DNA of 64,000 nt from an uncultured Candidatus Rokubacteria bacterium (GCA_963707305.1 CAVPPZ010000024.1:12457-76456); one strand, 5' to 3'. Shown: positions 45,854-57,227, counted from the first letter of the stretch. The notes: generated by a model from the letters alone, not told the origin. Translations and numbers: made by a program.

Positions 45854-46650
45854 CGTCGCGCGTCCGGCGCATGCCCATCGACCTGGAACACGCGCGAGAG
45901 ATGCAGGAGGCGGTCGGCCACGAACACCACGACGAAGGTGGCGCCGATGAACAGCGTGGACAGCGCCGCCATGGTCGGGTCGGTGTAGTTGACGACGTAG
46001 GTGAACATCGCCACGGGCAGGATCTCCGTCACCCGCGTGGAGACGAACAGCGAGACGACGAACTCGTTGGCCGACACGATGACCGCGAAGAGCAGCGCGG
46101 CGAAGAGTCCGGGCCGCAGGAGCGGCAGCGTCACGCGCCGGAACACGCGCGACGGCCGGGCGCCGAGGCTGGCCGCGGCGCGCTCCAGCATGGGATCGAG
46201 ATTCGCGACGCTCACCATCACCGAGCGGACGACGAACGGCAGCACGAGGATCACGTGGGCCGCGATCAGCACCGCATGGTTGGCGAGCAGCCCGAGGCGC
46301 GCCGCCAGGATGAGGAACCCGAGGCCGGCGGCGACGCCGGGCACGACGAGCGGCGAGAGCAGGATCGACGCCCAGAGGCCGCGGGCGCGCAGCGGATAGC
46401 GGACGAGCGCGAGCGCGGCGGCGGTGCCGATCGGTAGCGCGATGGCCGCGCTGAGGGCCGTGACGATGAGGCTGTTGACCGCCGCGCGGCGGAACTGGGG
46501 ATAGGTCAGCGCGCGCTCGTACCAGCGCAGCGAGAAGCCGCTCGGCGGGAACGCGAGCATCTCGGTCGGATTGACCGAGGCGACCACGACCACCACCGTG
46601 GGCAGCGTCATGAACGCGAGCAGCGCGACCACCACCACGCGGCCGATCAT
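45850..46650 (-). CDS. ABC permease (PotC-like)
   Basis: GFSLRWY and ERAAASLGA EAA loop. Confidence 0.88.
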   Translation of the reverse strand: MIGRVVVVALLAFMTLPTVVVVVASVNPTEMLAFPPSGFSLRWYERALTYPQFRRAAVNSLIVTALSAAIALPIGTAAALALVRYPLRARGLWASILLSPLVVPGVAAGLGFLILAARLGLLANHAVLIAAHVILVLPFVVRSVMVSVANLDPMLERAAASLGARPSRVFRRVTLPLLRPGLFAALLFAVIVSANEFVVSLFVSTRVTEILPVAMFTYVVNYTDPTMAALSTLFIGATFVVVFVADRLLHLSRVFQVDGHAPDARR

Positions 46651-47436
46651 TGCCGCCCGAGCAGCCGGCTGGTGAGGCCGAGCACGACCAGGGTCAGCGC
46701 GAGCGCCACCGCCGCGAACGCGGCGCTGCCCGGCCAGTTGAAGGAGTCGAGCGCCAGGTCCTTCACCACGTTCGCGATCATCTTGACCTTGCCGCCGCCG
46801 AGCAGCTCGGGCGTCGGGAACGCGCTGAACGTCCACGCGAAGATCACCAGCGAGCCCGAGACGATGCCGGGCATCGAGAGCGGCAGCGTCACCCGCAGGA
46901 AGACGCGCGACGGCCGCGCGCCCAGGCTGGCCGCCGCCCGCTCGTACGCCGGATCGACGTGGCTGATCGCGGCGGCCAGGATCAGGATCATCGTGGGCAT
47001 CGAGAAGTGCACGAGCCCGATCAAGACGCCCTGGGGCTCGAACAGGAGCTTCACCGGCCACGCGACGAACGACTGGCCGAGCACGAGCATCCACGCGTAC
47101 GTCCGCACGATCGCGCCCGTGAAGAACGGGGCCAGCGTGAGCACGAGCAGGAGCGAGCGGACGCGGGCCGACGGCGTGCGCGCCAGCGCGTAGGCGATCG
47201 GATAGGACGCGACGAGCGTGAGCGCCGTCGTGAGCGCGCTGAGCACGATCGTGTCCCAGATGTAGCGCAGGTACTGCGGGGCCAGGACCGCGCGGAAGTT
47301 CTGGCCCGTGAGCCCGCCGGTCTTCAGCGAGCCCGGGATGAACTCGAGCACGCTCTGCTGGAAGAGCGTGCCGAGCGCGACGGCGAGGAGGGCGAGGGCG
47401 GCCAGCGCCGGCGCGAGCAGCGCGAGACCGATGCCG
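46647..47436 (-). CDS. ABC permease (PotB-like); start uncertain
   Basis: YPIAYALAR, VRTYAW and ERAAASLGA. Confidence 0.85.
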
Positions 47437-48453
47437 TTACTTCGCGACGATGTTCGCGTTGAACCACTCTTTCCAGGCCGCCAGCGTCTTGGCCCGGACC
47501 TCGTCGTTCATGATGTAGCCGCGATCCTTCCACTCCGCCGGCGTCGTGAAGACGCCCGGCTGGCCCCGCAGCGCGGCCGGCACCGTCGCCTTCAGGTTGG
47601 TCGGCCCCGCCTTGAACGTGGCCACCAGCTGCTCCTGGATCTCTTTCGAGAGCGCGAAGTTGATGAACTCGTGCGCGGCCGCCGATCGCTTCGACCCGGC
47701 CATGACCGCGGCCGTGTCGATCCCCACGATGCCCGGCTTGTCGGTGGGGGTGATGACCTTGACGTTCATGCCCTGTCCGATCAGGTGGAAGGCGTTGATC
47801 GACAGCATCACCTGCACCGGCGCCTCGCCGGTCTTCATGAGGTCCTGGCTGCGCGCGTCCGTGGCGAAGAACGCCGCGATGTTCGGCTTGATGCGCTTGA
47901 GCCGCTCCTGGCCCTTCTGCCAGTTGGTCTCGTCGCCGCCCTCCAGCAGCGCGCTGATGGTGATGATGTGCGAGGGGTCGAAGTCCGGCATGCCGACCTT
48001 GCCCTTCAGCCGCGGGTCCCAGAGATCCGCCCACTTCGTGATCTCGCCCTGCACCTGGTCCGGCCGGTAGGCGATCGTGTAGACGTAGGCCCACGTGCCG
48101 ATGTGGTGATCGCTCCGGAGCGCTTCCTTCGCGAGGTCCTTGGCGTTCGGCAGCTTGCTCATGTCGAGCTTCTCGTAGAGCCCGTCGGAGATGTAGAGCC
48201 GGCCCACGTGCGTCGTCGTGAACGTCACGTCGACGAGCGGCGCCGCCTTCGACACGCGGGCCTTCGCGAGACGGTCGAGGGTGCCGCCCACCTCGAACTC
48301 CACCGGGATCCCCGTCTTCGCCGTGAACGGCTTCGCGACGATCTTCTCGACGGTGTCCTTCCAGTTGCCGCCCCACACGCTCACGACGAGCGGATCGGCG
48401 GCGAAGGCGGACGCGGGCAGGAGCAAGAGGACGGCGAGCGCACACCAGACCAT
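47437..48453 (-). CDS. ABC solute-binding protein (PotD-like)
   Basis: Signal peptide, VSVWGG, WADLWDP and FINFALS; AAGGAGG RBS. Confidence 0.88.
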   Translation of the reverse strand: MVWCALAVLLLLPASAFAADPLVVSVWGGNWKDTVEKIVAKPFTAKTGIPVEFEVGGTLDRLAKARVSKAAPLVDVTFTTTHVGRLYISDGLYEKLDMSKLPNAKDLAKEALRSDHHIGTWAYVYTIAYRPDQVQGEITKWADLWDPRLKGKVGMPDFDPSHIITISALLEGGDETNWQKGQERLKRIKPNIAAFFATDARSQDLMKTGEAPVQVMLSINAFHLIGQGMNVKVITPTDKPGIVGIDTAAVMAGSKRSAAAHEFINFALSKEIQEQLVATFKAGPTNLKATVPAALRGQPGVFTTPAEWKDRGYIMNDEVRAKTLAAWKEWFNANIVAK

Positions 48454-48520
48454 CGGGGCCTCCTTGGGACGAGCGTGACCGGCGGCGCGAGTGTACCCCA
48501 GCATGCTCCGGCCGGAACCG

Positions 48521-49678
48521 TCAGACGCGCAGGGGGTCGATGCGGCCCGCGAGGGCGAGCAGGCTCTCGAAGAGGTAGTAGCTGCCGACGATGAACTCGC
48601 AGCGGTTCGCGCGGTCGTGGGGTCGCGCGTCGGTCCGCTTGTTGAAGCACGCCTCGGTCAGCATCCCGGGCACGCGCGCGTCGCCCGCATGCGTCGGCGT
48701 GAGATAGCGCTCCACCAGCGCGCGCGCCGTCGCGTCCGCGGCCTCGCCATAGCGCGCGCGGGCCGCGTCCGACGGCGCCACGCGGGAGAGCTTGAGCAGC
48801 GCGGCGAGCGCGATGGCGGTGGCCGCGGTGTCGCGCTCGGTGTGCGGGATCGCCGGATCGTCGAAGTCCCAGAAGGCCACGCGGTCCGGCGGCACGTGCG
48901 CGAGCCACCAGTCGGCGCCGCGCACGGCGGCGCCGATCCACGCGTCGCGCGAACGGTCGGCGAGCCAGCTCTGCGTCGAGAACAGCATGCCCCACGCCTG
49001 CGCGCGCCCCCACGTGCTCGTGTCGCTCACCCCCTTGTGGGTGTAGTGCCGGACGAGCGCGGCCGGTGACGGCGTCGAGCGAGCTCGACTGGATGAACGA
49101 GCCGTCGGGCCGGAGGTGCAGGCCGATGATGGTCTCGGCGTGGTGAGTCGCGACGTCGCGCAGCGTCGCGTCGCCCGTCACGCCGGCCGCCCAGAACAGG
49201 AACGGCGCGGCCTGGAGGCTGTCGATGCTGGTCTCGGTGTTCCCGACGTGCGCGCCCTCCTCGGCCTGGGCGCCGAGCGGGACGAGCTTCAGCGCCGGCG
49301 CGTAGAGCGGCACGAGGCTGCGCGCGGTGCGGAGCGCCGTCTCGCGAGGGCCGGCGGCGTCGTGGAGGATCGCGCCGAGCGCGGCGCCGTAGTAGACGGG
49401 GAACGACTTGAACACGGTCTGCGCGGCCACGCGGTCGCCGAGGCGCGCGAGCGCCGCGGCGCCGCCCACTCCCGGTAGCGCGCATCGCCCGTCGCCGTCG
49501 CGGCGAGCCAGAGCATGCCGATCCAGTAGCCGCCGGTCCAGTCACCGTCCGGCGTGGTCGTCCAGGCGCCGGTGTCCGTGTCGGCCCAGTGGGGCAGCCC
49601 GTCCCGCACGCGCGCCGCCGTGTCGTCGACGCGCGCGCGCATCCGCTCGATCGCCTCGCTCCACACACTCGCGGTCAT
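48521..49678 (-). CDS. Unsaturated glucuronyl hydrolase-like protein (GH88), frameshifted
   Basis: DWTGGYWIGMLW, IDSL, STWGRAQAWG, WDFD, DTAATAIA and YYLFESL. Confidence 0.75.
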
Positions 49679-49680
49679 GG

Positions 49681-51492
49681 TCACCGCGGGGCGCGGCGTG
49701 ACGCTTCCGCGGCGGTACCAGTAGGCGATGTTGCCGAAGATCGAGTCCCACCCGTTCAGCTCGAAGCCCTCGATCTGATGCGAGGTCGCGTGCAGGATGT
49801 TGCGCTGGGTGATCGGGATCACCACGCCGTCCTGCACGACCATGTCGTTCATGTTGATGAACAGGCCCGCGCGCTTGACGGGATCCATCTCGCTGTCCGC
49901 CTCGCGCCAGAGGCGGTCGTAGTCGGCGTTACGCCAGCGCGTGAGATTGCGCCCGGTCCACTTGTTGTCGCGGGTGGGGATCTCCCAGGAGACGAACTGG
50001 GCCATGAAGAGCTGGGGATCCAGGCCGCCGAACACCGTGTACATCTGCAGGTCGGCGTGGAAGCGCACGTTGGTGTCGGGGTTGTTCGTATCCGCCGAGA
50101 AATAGACGGCCAGGGGCACGGCCTTGACCTCGACCTCGATGCCGGCCCGGGCTGCGGCCTGCTTGACCACGGCCTGGACCTTCTGGACGGTCGCCGCGGC
50201 GCCGGCCTGGAAGACGAGCTTGAGCCGCTGCGCGCCCTTGCTGCGGATCCCGTCCACGCCGCGTACCCAGCCGGCCTCGTCGAGGAGCCGGCCGGCCTTG
50301 TTCACGCTGAACTCCCAGGTGTTGCTGGTGGAACGGCACCGGTGGGGCGCCAGCAGGAAGTTGTCGGCGATGCGCCCGCTCCGGCCGACCAGGTGGTCCT
50401 GGATGGTGCCCCGGTCCACCAGCAGGTTGAGGGCCCGGCGCACCGCGGGGTCGCTCAGGGAGGGATGGGTCGTCCGCACGCTCGACCGCTCGCCGTCGAC
50501 CTCGCGCCAGGGGTCCGTCTGGTTGCACTGGATGTGGCTGACCCCCGCGCCGGGGACGATGACGATGCGGCCCTTGCCGCCTTGCTCGACGCGCCGGAGG
50601 ACCTCCTCCTCCGCCAGGATGTAGTAGGCGAAGTCGTACTCGCCCGTCTGCAGCACCGCGCGGGCTGCGCTGACGGCGTCGCCGCCGCCCTTGATCTCGA
50701 GCCGATCGAAGAAGGGGCGGTTCGGCACGTGGTAGAGCGGGTTGATCTCGGCGCGGACGAGGTCGCCCGGCTTGAAGTCCACGAGGCGATACGGGCCCGT
50801 GCCCACCGCCTTGACGTTGCCGACCGCCTCACGGGCGCCGGCCCCCTTGTACCGCGCGAAGACGTGGCGAGGGAGGAGGCCGCCTCCGGTGAACACCAGG
50901 TCCCAGTACGGCTGCGGCTTCGTGAAGCTGACCTTGACGGTGTAGCTGTCCAGGCTGTCCATGCGTGCAACGCTCTGGAAGCCGCGCGGCTGCTCGCCGT
51001 CGTGGCCGGATCGACCGCGAACTCCCAGTTGAAGACGACGTCGTCCGCGGTGAAGGGAGCGCCGTCGTGCCAGACGACGCCGCGCTTGAGCTTCCAGGTG
51101 ACCGACATCCCGTCCCGCGCGATTCCGCCGTTGGCCAGGGTGGGGACCTCAGCGGCCAGCACGGGGGCGAATGTGCCTTCGGCCGTGGGGGCGGCCAGAG
51201 GCTCGTAGAAGATGCGTGAGGCGGTGAAGTCGCGCAGTCCGCGCCCGAAGTGCGGGTGGAGCAGGGTCGGGGCGTCCCACATCAGGATCTTCAGCTCGCC
51301 GCCCCCGCCGCGTCGCGACGGGACGAAGCCAGGCCGGGACGGCTCCGCGCTCGCCACACCGGCCGCGCTCAGCAGGTGGGCCGCCCAGGGCGCCGTCAGG
51401 CCGAGACCGACCATGCCCTCGATGAAAGCGCGGCGGCTCGTGCGGCCGGCCCGGACCCGCTCGATCATCTCTCTGAGGCGCGACTCGTTCAT
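49681..51492 (-). CDS. Peptide ABC solute-binding protein (family 5) with Tat-like N-terminus, frameshift near 50975
   Basis: SRRAFI, WHDGAPFTADDVVF, VGTGPY and DPAVRRAL. Confidence 0.85.
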
Positions 51493-51626
51493 GGTGGGCC
51501 TCTTGGCTGCCTCGGGCTCGTCGGCCACGCAGCATAGTCCGCCGGACGGTCGGGCTGTCAAGTGCGCGTGGCTCCGCATGAGACGCCGATGCGCTATGCT
51601 CCGCGACAACGGCGAGCGAGACGCGG

Positions 51627-52415
51627 TTGGCAGAGCAGGCAACGGTCGTCATCACGGGCTCGGGCGGGCGCATCGGCACGCTCCTGCGACACGCGCTGGC
51701 CGGCGTCTATCGTGTGCGTGGCATCGACCGCGTCCCGACGCCCGGCCTGCCCGGTGCGCTCGTCGCCAGCCTGACGGACTTCGACGCCATCCTGCCCGCG
51801 TTCGCGGGAGCCGACGCCGTGGTCCACCTCGCCGCCGATCCGCGCCACACGCCCGACATCTGGTGGGACACGCTGATCCCGGACAACGTCGTGGCGACGG
51901 CCAACGTGTACGAAGCCGCGCGGCGGGGCGGGGTGAAGCGCTTCGTCTTCTTCAGCTCCATGCACGTGTGCGGGCTGTACGAGACCGATCCCCCGTGGTC
52001 CCGGATCGCGACCGGGGACTACGCGGGCCTCGATCCGAGCGGCGTGCCGCTGGTGACCGCCGACATGCCCGTCCGCCCCGACGGCCCGTACGCCGTGAGC
52101 AAGGTCTTCGGCGAGGCGCTGGGCCGGTACTACGCCGAAGCGTACGGGATGGAGGTGGTCGTGGTGCGGCTGGGGACGGTCGGACGGGACGACAAGCCCG
52201 GCAGCGACCCGCGCAGCTTCGTGTCGTGGCTGAGCCACCGGGACCTCGCGCATCTCACGGAGCGCGCCATCGGCGCGGCCGACGTCACCTACGAGGTCGT
52301 CTTCGGCGCCTCCAACAACACGTGGAAGATCTACGACACTCCTCGCGCGAGCTCGCGGCTGGGCTACGCGCCGCGGGACGACGCCGAGCGCTTCCGCAAC
52401 CCACGGCAGAGCTGA
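51627..52415 (+). CDS. NAD-dependent epimerase/dehydratase, uronate dehydrogenase-like
   Basis: ITGSGGRIG, VVHLAA, RPDGPYAVSKVFGE, WLSHRD and LGYAPRDDAE. Confidence 0.75.
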   Translation: MAEQATVVITGSGGRIGTLLRHALAGVYRVRGIDRVPTPGLPGALVASLTDFDAILPAFAGADAVVHLAADPRHTPDIWWDTLIPDNVVATANVYEAARRGGVKRFVFFSSMHVCGLYETDPPWSRIATGDYAGLDPSGVPLVTADMPVRPDGPYAVSKVFGEALGRYYAEAYGMEVVVVRLGTVGRDDKPGSDPRSFVSWLSHRDLAHLTERAIGAADVTYEVVFGASNNTWKIYDTPRASSRLGYAPRDDAERFRNPRQS

Positions 52416-52444
52416 GCCCGCCTGCGCGCAAGGAGCTGACGACC

Positions 52445-53359
52445 ATGGCACCTCTCGAAGTCCACGACCCGGGCCTGCACGATCTCGTCGCTCCCGACGC
52501 CCCCATCGACCGCATCGCCGGCGGGCTCGGGTTCACCGAAGGGCCGGTGTGGCGCGGCAATGCCCTGCTCTTCAGCGACATCCCGAACAAGCGCATCGCG
52601 CGGTGGCGCCGCCTGCCGGAGGGGCCGGAGCTGACCACCTTTGCGACGGGCATGTCCAATGGCCTCACCCTGGATCGGCAGGGCCGGGTGCTCGCCGCCG
52701 AGCACGACGGCCGCCGCGTGAGCCGCGTCGCCGACGACGGAACGCGCACCGTGCTCGCCGAGCAGTTCCAGGGCAAGCGGCTGAACAGCCCCAACGACAT
52801 CGTGGTGAAGTCCGACGGCTCCATCTACTTCACCGACCCGCCGTACGCCGTCCAGCCCGGCACCCCGGGCGTGCCGCGGCCTGCCGGCTGGTGGACCCGA
52901 CCGATCCCCGGCAAGGAGCAGCCGTGCCACGGCGTGTACCGCATCGCCCCGGACGGAGCCCTCCACCTGCTGATCGACGACTTCGCGCTGCCCAACGGCC
53001 TCGCGTTCTCGCCCGACGAATCCGTGCTCTACATCGACGACTCGGCCCACAAGCACATCCGCGCGTTCGACGTGCGTCCGGACGGCACGCTGAGCGGGAG
53101 CCGCCTCCTGCTGGACATGGCGTCCGATGACCCCGGCGTGCCCGACGGCCTCAAGGTCGATGGGCAGGGCAACGTGTTCTGCACGGGTCCGGGCGGCGTC
53201 TGGGTGTGCCGGGCGAACGGCACGCTGCTCGGGCGCATCGTGCTGCCGGAGCTGCCCGCGAACCTGGCCTGGGGCGAGGATGGCAGCGTGCTCTTCCTCA
53301 CGGCGCGCACCAGCGTCTACCGGCTCCCGACGAAGACGCGCGGAACGCTGCTCGCCTGA
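52445..53359 (+). CDS. SMP-30/gluconolactonase family protein
   Basis: FTEGPVW, NSPND, PNGLAFSPD and PDGLKVD; AAGGAG RBS. Confidence 0.9.
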   Translation: MAPLEVHDPGLHDLVAPDAPIDRIAGGLGFTEGPVWRGNALLFSDIPNKRIARWRRLPEGPELTTFATGMSNGLTLDRQGRVLAAEHDGRRVSRVADDGTRTVLAEQFQGKRLNSPNDIVVKSDGSIYFTDPPYAVQPGTPGVPRPAGWWTRPIPGKEQPCHGVYRIAPDGALHLLIDDFALPNGLAFSPDESVLYIDDSAHKHIRAFDVRPDGTLSGSRLLLDMASDDPGVPDGLKVDGQGNVFCTGPGGVWVCRANGTLLGRIVLPELPANLAWGEDGSVLFLTARTSVYRLPTKTRGTLLA

Positions 53360-53416
53360 CGTAGGCTGCAGGATCTCTGGCGAGATTCGTTCGGGCGCGT
53401 ACTAGAATCGTCTCAC

Positions 53417-54546
53417 GTGTCCGGGTCCCTCGACCGCCCCACCTCCGCGCGGGCCAATGACGTGTCCACGCGCGCCGCGGAAGGCCGCGCCTCGGCTACC
53501 GACACCGCGCCCGAGCGCATCCACGAGCTGGCCCAGCAGTTCACGAAGCGCATCAGCGCGGCGGCCGAGGAGATCGGGACGATCAACTCGCAGGTCCGCA
53601 TCCTCTCGTTCAACGCGCAGATCGAGGCGGCGCGCGTGGGGGATGCCGGCCGGGCGTTTCGCGTGGTGGGCGAGGAGATGGTCACGCTCGCCGCGCGGAC
53701 GGGCGAGGTGGCCGGCCGGCTCAAGGAGGAGATCCAGGGCGACGCGCAGGAGCTGGCCGCAGATCAGCCAGACGCTCGCGACGACCGTCCGCGGCGTCCG
53801 TCTCGCCGACCTCGCGCTCACCAACATCGACCTCGTCGATCGCAACCTCTACGAGCGGTCGTGCGACATCCGCTGGTGGGCGACCGACAGCAGCGTGGTC
53901 GAGGCGCTGGAGACGCGCAGCCCGCAGGCGCTCCGCTTACGCCACCCGGCGGCTCGGCGTCATCCTGAAGGCGTACACGGTGTACTCGGACATCGTGCTC
54001 GCGGACGCGACCGGGACGATCGTCGCCAACGGGCGGCCGACGCAGTACCGCTCGCAGGGGACGAACCACGCGACCGCCGAGTGGATGCGCTCGGCGATGG
54101 CCACGGCGAACGGCGACGAGTTCGGGTTCGAGTCGGCGCACCGCTCCCCGCTCGCGGGCGGCGAGCCGGTGCTCGTCTACTCGTGCAAGGTCTGCCGCGG
54201 CGGGGACCCCGCCGGCGAGCCGATCGGCGTGCTGGGTACGGTCTTCAACTGGACCGGCCTGGGCGAGAAGGTCGTCAGCGACACGCCGCTCGCAGCGGCC
54301 GAGAAGGCGCGCACGCGATGCTGCCTGTTCGATCGCGCGGGCCGCCTGCTCGCCGACAGCGACGGCAAGGCGCTCACGGAGACGCTCGACCTCGCGCCGC
54401 TCCGGACGCTGCTCACCCAGGCGAAGGGATTCGCGGTGCTCGACTACAAGGGCGAGCGCATGCTCTGCGCGCACGCCCAGTCGCCGGGCTTCGAGACCTA
54501 CGCGACCGGGTGGCACTCCCTCATCATGCAGAAGGTCGGACGCTAG
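53417..54546 (+). CDS. Soluble chemoreceptor-like protein: short MCP signalling hairpin plus C-terminal Cache-like domain (frameshifted)
   Basis: ILSFNAQIEAARVGDAGRAFRVV, DRNLYERSCDIRWWATD and SPGFETY. Confidence 0.75.
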
Positions 54547-54701
54547 CTTCCGCGGCGACGCGCTGAGCCACGGCCTCGCTCCTGGTGCATTCGACCCAGA
54601 AAAGGAGCGCAGCCGGCGGATTGATCGACAGACCCTGTTCGCCATTCCATGTGGTATTAGCGGTCGTGGAGCCCGTCGCTGCCTGATCAGGAGGGTGCGT
54701 C

Positions 54702-55643
54702 ATGCTGGGACTGGGAATGGCGTCGAGTCACGCACCGATGATGTTCCAGAAGGCGGAGTACTGGCCGAAGATGGTGGAGCGCATCCCATCTGAAGCGCGG
54801 GAGCACCTGCCGCACAGCGCCAGGGTGGAGATCGCGACGCCCGCCATCATCGACGGGCACATCCAGCGCATCGAGGCCGCGTTCGCGGCGTTGCGCGCGC
54901 AGGTGAAGGCGTATCGACCGGACGCCTTGATCCTCATCGGTGACGACCAGGGCGACATGTTCGACGGCGCCAACAATCCCACGTTCTCCATCTACACCGG
55001 CGACGAGCCGCTGTGGGGGCGCAGCGCCCGTGACCCCTTCGGGGTCCCGTCCGCGGAGCGCACGAAGCTCGTCTTCCGACAGCACGCCGAGCTGGCCCGC
55101 CATCTCCTGCGCGGGCTGATCAAGCGAGACTTCGACGTGGCCAACCTCGGCAAGTTCGACCCGCGCGGCAACCCCGCCCGCGGCGTCTCGCACATGGTCT
55201 CCAATCTCGTCCCCGAGGTCGATCCGGGCCTCGAGATCCCGCTGGTCTGCGTGTTCATCAACGAGTACTTCCCACCGCTGCCCAGCGCGGCGCGCTGCGC
55301 GCGCCTGGGCGAGGCCATCGCCGACGTCCTGCGCGACCGGCCCGAGCGCATCGCGATCTACGCGTCCGGCGGCCTGTCGCACTACCCGGGGATGTACAAC
55401 GCGGGCTGGATCGACCAGCCCCTGGACCGCTGGATCCTCGAGCGGCTGGCGCGGAACGACGTGGAGGCCCTCGAGCACCTCTTCACCTTCGACTCCGACA
55501 CCCTGCGCTCGGGCACGGGCGAGGTGCGGGCGTGGATCAGCGTGGCCGCCGCGATGCAGCGGCCGGCGACGGTGATCGACTACGTCCCGGCGCATTGCAC
55601 GCAGACGGGGTGCGGCTTCGTCTGCTGGCCGCCTCTGGCGTAG
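54702..55643 (+). CDS. LigB-like (class III) extradiol ring-cleavage dioxygenase
   Basis: SSHAP, IGDDQ, SH, ASGGLSHY and GTGEVRAW. Confidence 0.8.
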   Translation: MLGLGMASSHAPMMFQKAEYWPKMVERIPSEAREHLPHSARVEIATPAIIDGHIQRIEAAFAALRAQVKAYRPDALILIGDDQGDMFDGANNPTFSIYTGDEPLWGRSARDPFGVPSAERTKLVFRQHAELARHLLRGLIKRDFDVANLGKFDPRGNPARGVSHMVSNLVPEVDPGLEIPLVCVFINEYFPPLPSAARCARLGEAIADVLRDRPERIAIYASGGLSHYPGMYNAGWIDQPLDRWILERLARNDVEALEHLFTFDSDTLRSGTGEVRAWISVAAAMQRPATVIDYVPAHCTQTGCGFVCWPPLA

Positions 55644-55654
55644 GGAGTCGACCG

Positions 55655-57223
55655 ATGGCTGTCGCCGCAACCGCGCTGCTCCAGCAGATGGACGACTACA
55701 TCCTCGACGGCAAGTATCACGAGGCCACGGACGCGTACTGCCGGCTGATCGTGGAGAACCCCGCCCGGGCGGCGCAGGTCACCACCCACGCCATGACCAC
55801 CGCGGCCCCGTACCTCCACGTGCCCGCGCACCACAAGCTCCTGCCCAACGGGGAGTTCCGCAACGTCAACTACGACCACACTCTCCTCGGGATCCGCGCG
55901 GGCCTGCGACTCCAGCCGTGGCTCTCCGAGCGCGAGAAGTACCTGACGCTGGCCCAGGCCATGTGGTACGTGCCGCAGGGACTGGACGTGTGGGCGCAGC
56001 TCGAGTGCGGATTCCCGGGCCACTACGCGCGCGAGCAGGAGAAGTGCGCGGAAGAAGTGCTGCAGACCAACAAGCAGCTGCACTGCCACTTCAAGGATCG
56101 GGCGCCGCTCGTCGACGGGTCGATCGACGAGCGCTTCCAGCGGATGTTCCACGCCATCGTCGGGGGCGACAAGGTCACGGCCTACCGGCTCTTCCTGGGG
56201 CTGGCGGCCGAACCGGCGCTCCGCGACCGCGTGAAGAACGAGCTGCTCTTCGCCGCCATCATCGATCAGCAGGAGTTCAACTCGTTCCGGCGGGTCCGGC
56301 ACATCGGGCACAAGGCGATCCGGACGCGCTCCATGCTCGACGTCGCCGACTGGGTCGGCTGGGAGCAGGCGCACCCGTACTTCTACATCGGGGTGCCGGA
56401 TCTCTGTAATGCGCCGATCTTCCACTCGCTCTACGATCACGCCAGCTTCCTGCTCGGCACGACCTTCAAGGGCGCGCAGTACCGGTTGCACGAGACCAAT
56501 ACGTCCGCGCTGACCGAGGACGAACAGGACCAGCTCATCGGGAGGATCCTCGCCGGCGACCCGTTCGCCGTGACGCACGAGATCACCGCGCTGCTGCGAA
56601 AGGGACGCGCGCTCACGCGCATCGCGGACATGGTGATGATCGCGCACGCCACCCACTGCGTGGAGCGGCTGCGCACGCCCATCGCCTACACGGTGCCGAT
56701 GCACGCCTTCGACTACGCCAACGCCGTCAACTACTGGCTGCGCAACTTCTCGCACACCCACCAGCCGAAGGCCGTGTACCTGAGCGCCTGGTTCGTGACC
56801 GACACCATCCGCGAGGTCGACTGGTATCCGGACGATCCCGCGGTGGCCAGGCCGGATGCGGCACCGTTCCGGGACTGGGCCGATCGCCTGTCCGCCTCGG
56901 AGGTGCTGGCCGAGCTGGAGCGGACGATCGCGGCCCAGGATCCTTCTCGCTCGGTCGCCCTGGTGCGCTCGTACCAGGAGCGCACCGGCGAGCGCGACGC
57001 GCTGATCCGGATGCTGGTGCACTGCGCCGCCAAGTTCCAGGGCGACGCGCACATCTTCCGCAACGCGCGCTCGATCATCGAGGAGTACGAGCAGAACTCG
57101 GCGAGCGCCCGGCGCAAGGACGTGCTGTTCCAGGCCTGGGCGCACTACCTGGCGTTCTACAAGAAGCGGACGCTGTCGACCGAGTGCTACGACCTGTACC
57201 ACCATCACTTCGGCGGTGCGTAG
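55655..57223 (+). CDS. Hypothetical all-helical protein with four His-containing repeats
   Basis: Intact 522-aa ORF with GGAG RBS; motifs NYDHTLL, IGHKAI, PMHAFDYANA and DAHIF. Confidence 0.75.
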   Translation: MAVAATALLQQMDDYILDGKYHEATDAYCRLIVENPARAAQVTTHAMTTAAPYLHVPAHHKLLPNGEFRNVNYDHTLLGIRAGLRLQPWLSEREKYLTLAQAMWYVPQGLDVWAQLECGFPGHYAREQEKCAEEVLQTNKQLHCHFKDRAPLVDGSIDERFQRMFHAIVGGDKVTAYRLFLGLAAEPALRDRVKNELLFAAIIDQQEFNSFRRVRHIGHKAIRTRSMLDVADWVGWEQAHPYFYIGVPDLCNAPIFHSLYDHASFLLGTTFKGAQYRLHETNTSALTEDEQDQLIGRILAGDPFAVTHEITALLRKGRALTRIADMVMIAHATHCVERLRTPIAYTVPMHAFDYANAVNYWLRNFSHTHQPKAVYLSAWFVTDTIREVDWYPDDPAVARPDAAPFRDWADRLSASEVLAELERTIAAQDPSRSVALVRSYQERTGERDALIRMLVHCAAKFQGDAHIFRNARSIIEEYEQNSASARRKDVLFQAWAHYLAFYKKRTLSTECYDLYHHHFGGA

Positions 57224-57227
57224 CTGT

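Noticed and set aside
49289-50962. Apparent fusion of the peptide SBP to the GH88 N-terminus
   Set aside because: An out-of-frame TGA at 49681-49683 lies just before the GH88 ATG. A single indel explains the read-through, although polishing is needed to be sure.
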